From contig CAVUDW010000002.1 in assembly GCA_963740355.1 (NCBI GenBank), forward strand, positions 736,001-800,000: a DNA stretch of 64,000 bases, read 5' to 3'. Origin of the DNA: an uncultured Gemmatimonadaceae bacterium. Its GTDB lineage: Bacteria > Gemmatimonadota > Gemmatimonadetes > Gemmatimonadales > Gemmatimonadaceae. Every line of letters begins with the position of its first letter. The first letter of the stretch is position 1. The notes beneath the pieces are model-generated. The model made no database searches. It was not told the origin of the DNA and saw only the letters and a list, made by a program, of their open reading frames with translations. The position numbers and the translations under genes were made by a program. Shown here one piece after another: positions 59,962 through 64,000 of this stretch.

Positions 59962-60215
59962 TGCTGACGGTGTCCGTGATCTCGCCGGAGAAGGTCCTCT
60001 TCGAGGGCTCGGCGACCAGTGTCGTGGCCCCTGGGCATGACGGCGAGCTTGGCATCCTCTCCAACCATGCGCCGTTGATGACGGTGCTGGGGAAGGGCGT
60101 GCTGCGGCTCGAGGGCGCCGAAGGTGGGGACCAGCGATTTCAGGTCGAAGGCGGCTTCCTGCAGGTCGTCGACAATGTGGTGCGGGTCGTCACAGAGTCA
60201 GCCGCGCCGCTCTGA
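59961..60215 (+). CDS. atpC: F1 ATP synthase subunit epsilon (short form)
   Basis: VISPEKVLF, PGHDGELGILSNHAPL, VEGGFLQV; TGATG overlap with atpD. Confidence 0.92.
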
Positions 60216-60280
60216 TTGCAGGTTTGGGCCGAGGTTGTGGCCTGACGAATTCATGAACTGATAGGACTTCGAGTCCGAAT

Positions 60281-60315
60281 GACGGCGAGCCAACGATGGC
60301 TCGCCGTCGTTTTTT
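60281..60315 (+). terminator. Intrinsic terminator of the atp operon
   Basis: GACGGCGAGCCA-ACGA-TGGCTCGCCGTC-GTTTTTT. Confidence 0.88.
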
Positions 60316-60543
60316 ATCGCCTGTCTGTGTAACGAGTTTCCTTGATCACTGGACCATGGCGTCCGTGAACGCGCGCTCATGTTCCGGAGGCTGGATTGCG
60401 TGACGGTGAAGATTGCATGGGGAACTTGTAACGGCCGCCTCATCTTGTATTGTGTCGGTCTGCGGTGCAGTCTCGCCGTTCTGTCACGTGATGGCCCGGG
60501 ATGGTAGTCCGGGCCGTGTCGCGTTCTCACCCGTGGGGGCCCC

Positions 60544-63500
60544 ATGCGATTTGGAAGGTATGCATTCGTCGCGGCGTTGCTGGCACTTGGCGTGCCACTC
60601 GCTGCACAACAGCCTGCAGGTGGTGCGGTCGTCGGTCGAGTGACCGATCGCATCAGCGGTCAGCCGGTCAGTGATGTCCGTGTGCAGATCGTGGGTACGC
60701 AGCGCGGTGGTTTGACGCGCACGAACGGTACGTATCGCATTGCTGGCGTGCCGAATGGCACGTACACGGTGCGCGCATCGCGCATCGGTTACGCGGCGAT
60801 GACGGCCAGCGCCACGGTCAGCGCGAATGGTGAAGCGACGGCGAACTTCGTGCTCGCAGTTGCCGAGAACGTGCTCGACAAGGTGACCGTGTCTGGTGCC
60901 ACGGGTGGTACGGCGCGCGCACGTGAAGTCGGTGCGTCGGTCAGCCGCATCGACACGACGCAGTTCAATGTTGCGGCCGTGACCAACCTCTCGCAGGTGC
61001 TCTCGGCGCGTACGCCGGGTGTCGCCGTGCAGTCGGGTGGCGGCACGATCGGTGTCTCGAACCGCATCCGTCTGCGCGGTCCGACATCGATCAACCTGTC
61101 CAACGATCCGCTGCTCGTGATCGACGGCCTGGTGTCGAACAACAACACCAACAACTTCTCGGTCGGTGTCGGTGGTGCGCAGACCTCGCGTCTCGACGAC
61201 ATCAACCCGCAGGACATCGAAGACATTCAGGTGCTGAAGGGCGCCGCGGCGACCGCGCTGTACGGCACGGGTGCGGCCAACGGCGTGATCCAGATCACCA
61301 CCAAGCGTGGCAAGGCGGGCAAGGCGCGCTGGGGCATCTACACGGAAGCTGGTTCCGATCGCACGCTGGTGCCGGAATCCGATCCGCTGACCACGACGAA
61401 CTATCGCCAGATCGGCTTGCTGGCGACGCCTGGCGCCCGCGGCGTGAACGGCAATTGCGGGATCGAAGCGCAGACGCTCGGCACGTGCGTCCGTCCTGAC
61501 ACGCTGTACCGCACGTCGCCGTTCGCGAATGCTTCGCCGTTCCGCGTCGGTGGCAGCACGCGCATGGGCGTCAACGTCAACGGTGGTAGTGAAGCCGTGC
61601 AGTACTATCTCGGCGGTGAGCTGTTCCGCCAGAACGGTATCGTTGGTCCGAGCGGTGCCCGTCGCACGAACCTTCGCGCGAACATCGGTGCGAACCTGCT
61701 GCCGAACCTCCGCGCTGATGTCACGGTCAGCTACCTGAAGAGCGTGCTGAACCTGCCGATCAACGACAATGCCTTCGCTGGCGTGATCAGCTCGGGCGTG
61801 CTTGGCGGCGCATTCGACTGCACGCCACAGTCGCGTGCCTCGATCTATGAGTGCCGCGTCGGCGGTGACTCGTCCTCGCGTGGTTATGTGAGCGCGAACG
61901 TGCCGGCGTCGCAGTACTTCGCCCAGAACCAGCAGCAGGACATCGATCGCCTGCAGACTGGCGTGACGTTCAACTACACGCCGAAGAGCTGGCTCACCAG
62001 CACGTTGCGCGCTGGTGGCGATTTCCTGTATCAGTACGACCAGTCGCTGGTGCCGCCGAACAAGGTGTTCCTGAACGCCGCGTCGATCGAAGGCAGCCGC
62101 TTCCAGGCGCGCGCCTATCGCCCGACGTACACCGTCACGGCGAACACCAAGGCGACGTATGACCTGACCAGCTCCATCCGCCTGTCGACGCTCGTCGGTG
62201 GCCAGTACACGAACGAAGCGAACCGCTTCACGAGTGCGTTCGGCGCGATCCTGTTGCCGGGTACGTCGTCGCTCAGCGGCACCAACGCGCGCTTCGCCGT
62301 CAATGAAGCGAACTCGCAGGTCGTCACGACGGCCGGCGTGGTGCAGCAGGACTTCGCATTCAACGACCGCCTGTTCCTGACGGTCGCAGCTCGCATGGAC
62401 AACTCGAGCGTGTTCGGTGCCGGCTCGCGCGACTTCGTGTTCTACCCGTCCGTCAGCGGTTCGTACGTGGTCTCGGACGAGAAGTGGTTCCCGAAGGCCA
62501 GCTTCATCGACCAGCTCCGCGTCCGCGGTTCCGTGGGTGAGGCAGGCAACCGCCCGACCTTCCGTCAGTCGGAGACGTTCTTCAACGCCGTGTCGGTGAA
62601 CGCCGCCTCGTCGGATGCCAGCATCCCGGCCGTCACCATCGGTGGCCCGGTGGGCAACGCGCTGCTGAAGCCGGAAATCACGCGCGAAACGGAAGGTGGC
62701 TTCGACTTCTCGTTGCTCGGCAGCCGGATCGACGGTGAGTTCACCGCCTTCAAGAAGGACACCCGTGACCTGCTCGTCGGTCGCATCCTGGCGCCGTCGC
62801 TCGGCGTGGCCGCGAACCAGCTGGTGAACCTGTCCAAGATGACCACCAAGGGTCTCGAGGGCACGGTGAACTTCAAGCTGATCGAAGGCAACAAGTTCAG
62901 CTTCGCACAGCGCTTCACGGCGACGGTCTTCAACAACAAGATCGGTTCACTGGGTCGCGTCGATGGGCAGCCGATCGCCCCGATCATCCAGGGCGTGCAG
63001 CAGTACCGCGCAGGGTATCCGGCCGCTGGTTACTTCCAGCGCAAGATCCTCGGCTTCGAAGACAAGAACAACGACGGCATCATCAGCCGCGTGAATTGCC
63101 CGGCGTACGGCGGCTTGGCGAACCCGATCCTGGTCGGTGGCCCGGCCTGCGAAATCCAGCTCTCCGATTCGCTGGAATACCTCGGCAGCCCGCTGCCGAC
63201 GCGGACCTTCTCGTTCCAGTCGGACATGCGGATCGCGAAGAACCTGCAGTTCAACATCCTCGTCGACTATCGCGGTGGCGCTCGCCTGTACAACCAGACG
63301 CGTGAGTTCCGCAACGACGGTGGCTTCGCGAACGGCCCGGACTTCTGGGATCGCAATGCGCCGCTCGCCGACCAGGCGAAGTCGCGTGCGAAGGCGATGG
63401 GTACCAGCGATGGCTACATCGAGGACGCCAGCTTCGTCCGTCTCTCGGAAGTGTCGATGACGTGGGTCGTGCCTGCGGCAGCGGCCCGTATCCTGAAGAC

Positions 63501-63669
63501 GGGTGGCCTGAGCCTCACGCTGGCCGGACGTAACCTCGGCCTGTGGACGAACTACACCGGTTTCGATCCCGAAGTCCTGACGAACCCGGGCAGCAACTTC
63601 GGCACGGTCGACTTCCTTACGAATCCGCCGTCGCGTTCCTATACGCTGCGCCTGAACTTCAACTTCTGA
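60544..63669 (+). CDS. SusC/RagA-family TonB-dependent outer-membrane transporter
   Basis: Signal peptide, CarboxypepD_reg-like N-domain, plug IRLRG..S...PLLVIDG, DINPQDIEDIQVLKGAAATALYG..AANGVIQITTKRG, LKPE, YTGFDPE, terminal Phe. Confidence 0.95.
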   Translation: MRFGRYAFVAALLALGVPLAAQQPAGGAVVGRVTDRISGQPVSDVRVQIVGTQRGGLTRTNGTYRIAGVPNGTYTVRASRIGYAAMTASATVSANGEATANFVLAVAENVLDKVTVSGATGGTARAREVGASVSRIDTTQFNVAAVTNLSQVLSARTPGVAVQSGGGTIGVSNRIRLRGPTSINLSNDPLLVIDGLVSNNNTNNFSVGVGGAQTSRLDDINPQDIEDIQVLKGAAATALYGTGAANGVIQITTKRGKAGKARWGIYTEAGSDRTLVPESDPLTTTNYRQIGLLATPGARGVNGNCGIEAQTLGTCVRPDTLYRTSPFANASPFRVGGSTRMGVNVNGGSEAVQYYLGGELFRQNGIVGPSGARRTNLRANIGANLLPNLRADVTVSYLKSVLNLPINDNAFAGVISSGVLGGAFDCTPQSRASIYECRVGGDSSSRGYVSANVPASQYFAQNQQQDIDRLQTGVTFNYTPKSWLTSTLRAGGDFLYQYDQSLVPPNKVFLNAASIEGSRFQARAYRPTYTVTANTKATYDLTSSIRLSTLVGGQYTNEANRFTSAFGAILLPGTSSLSGTNARFAVNEANSQVVTTAGVVQQDFAFNDRLFLTVAARMDNSSVFGAGSRDFVFYPSVSGSYVVSDEKWFPKASFIDQLRVRGSVGEAGNRPTFRQSETFFNAVSVNAASSDASIPAVTIGGPVGNALLKPEITRETEGGFDFSLLGSRIDGEFTAFKKDTRDLLVGRILAPSLGVAANQLVNLSKMTTKGLEGTVNFKLIEGNKFSFAQRFTATVFNNKIGSLGRVDGQPIAPIIQGVQQYRAGYPAAGYFQRKILGFEDKNNDGIISRVNCPAYGGLANPILVGGPACEIQLSDSLEYLGSPLPTRTFSFQSDMRIAKNLQFNILVDYRGGARLYNQTREFRNDGGFANGPDFWDRNAPLADQAKSRAKAMGTSDGYIEDASFVRLSEVSMTWVVPAAAARILKTGGLSLTLAGRNLGLWTNYTGFDPEVLTNPGSNFGTVDFLTNPPSRSYTLRLNFNF

Positions 63670-63677
63670 ACATTGCC

Positions 63678-64000
63678 ATGACATTCTCATTCGAGACTTC
63701 GCGGCGATCCCTCGGTCTGCTGCTCACGGGTGCCAGCCTTTCGCTTGCCGGTTGCAACATCGACAAGACGCTGGCCGTGAAGGACCCTGACGTCGCCAAC
63801 CCGTCGTCGCTGAACGACGTGACTGTGTTGCCCACACTGCGCGCCAGCACCATCTCCGACCTCCAGATCTCGTTCTCGGCGAACGGTGAGGACGGTGTTG
63901 TGAACTACGGTGCGTTGCTGGGTGACGAGTTCACGTGGTCGGAAACCTTCCCGACCCGTGGCGAGATGGACCAGCGCAACATCAACCCGATCAACGGCAC
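63678..64000 (+). CDS. SusD/RagB-family lipoprotein (5' part only)
   Basis: Manual translation MTFSFETSRRSLGLLLTGASLSLAGC (lipobox) NIDKTLAVKDPD...GALLGDEF; 8 nt after the SusC-type gene; open to window end. Confidence 0.8.
   Translation, partial: MTFSFETSRRSLGLLLTGASLSLAGCNIDKTLAVKDPDVANPSSLNDVTVLPTLRASTISDLQISFSANGEDGVVNYGALLGDEFTWSETFPTRGEMDQRNINPING

Overview
High-GC bacterial chromosomal window. Gene content (SusC/SusD pair, ECF/Ser-Thr kinase pairs, Tat-type TldD, several sigma54 elements) is consistent with Gemmatimonadota, but this is an inference. Housekeeping content: kbl-tdh threonine catabolism, mutM, mpg, a 23S-5S rRNA unit with no linked 16S, thiE, aroH, mltG, ruvX, rho, six tRNAs, a short SigA-type sigma factor, and atpAGDC without F0 genes. 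The most unusual loci are: (1) a histidine kinase/sigma54-regulator operon with four tandem paralogous single-pass membrane proteins sharing an 'EVERISEGQRF' coiled-coil; (2) a five-gene transmembrane phospho-signalling cluster (FHA-trypsin protease, kinase-PEGA-PP2C fusion, two paralogous receptor kinases, a catalytically dead protease); (3) a lipoprotein gene enclosed by two cassettes of exact 22-bp inverted repeats; (4) a 48-aa ORF with a sigma54-type promoter, double IHF-like site and terminator. Five genes between 3.6 and 15.5 kb carry single-base frameshifts that look like assembly errors. No CRISPR array, integrase or transposase was recognised. All calls come from reading motifs; no database searches were run.
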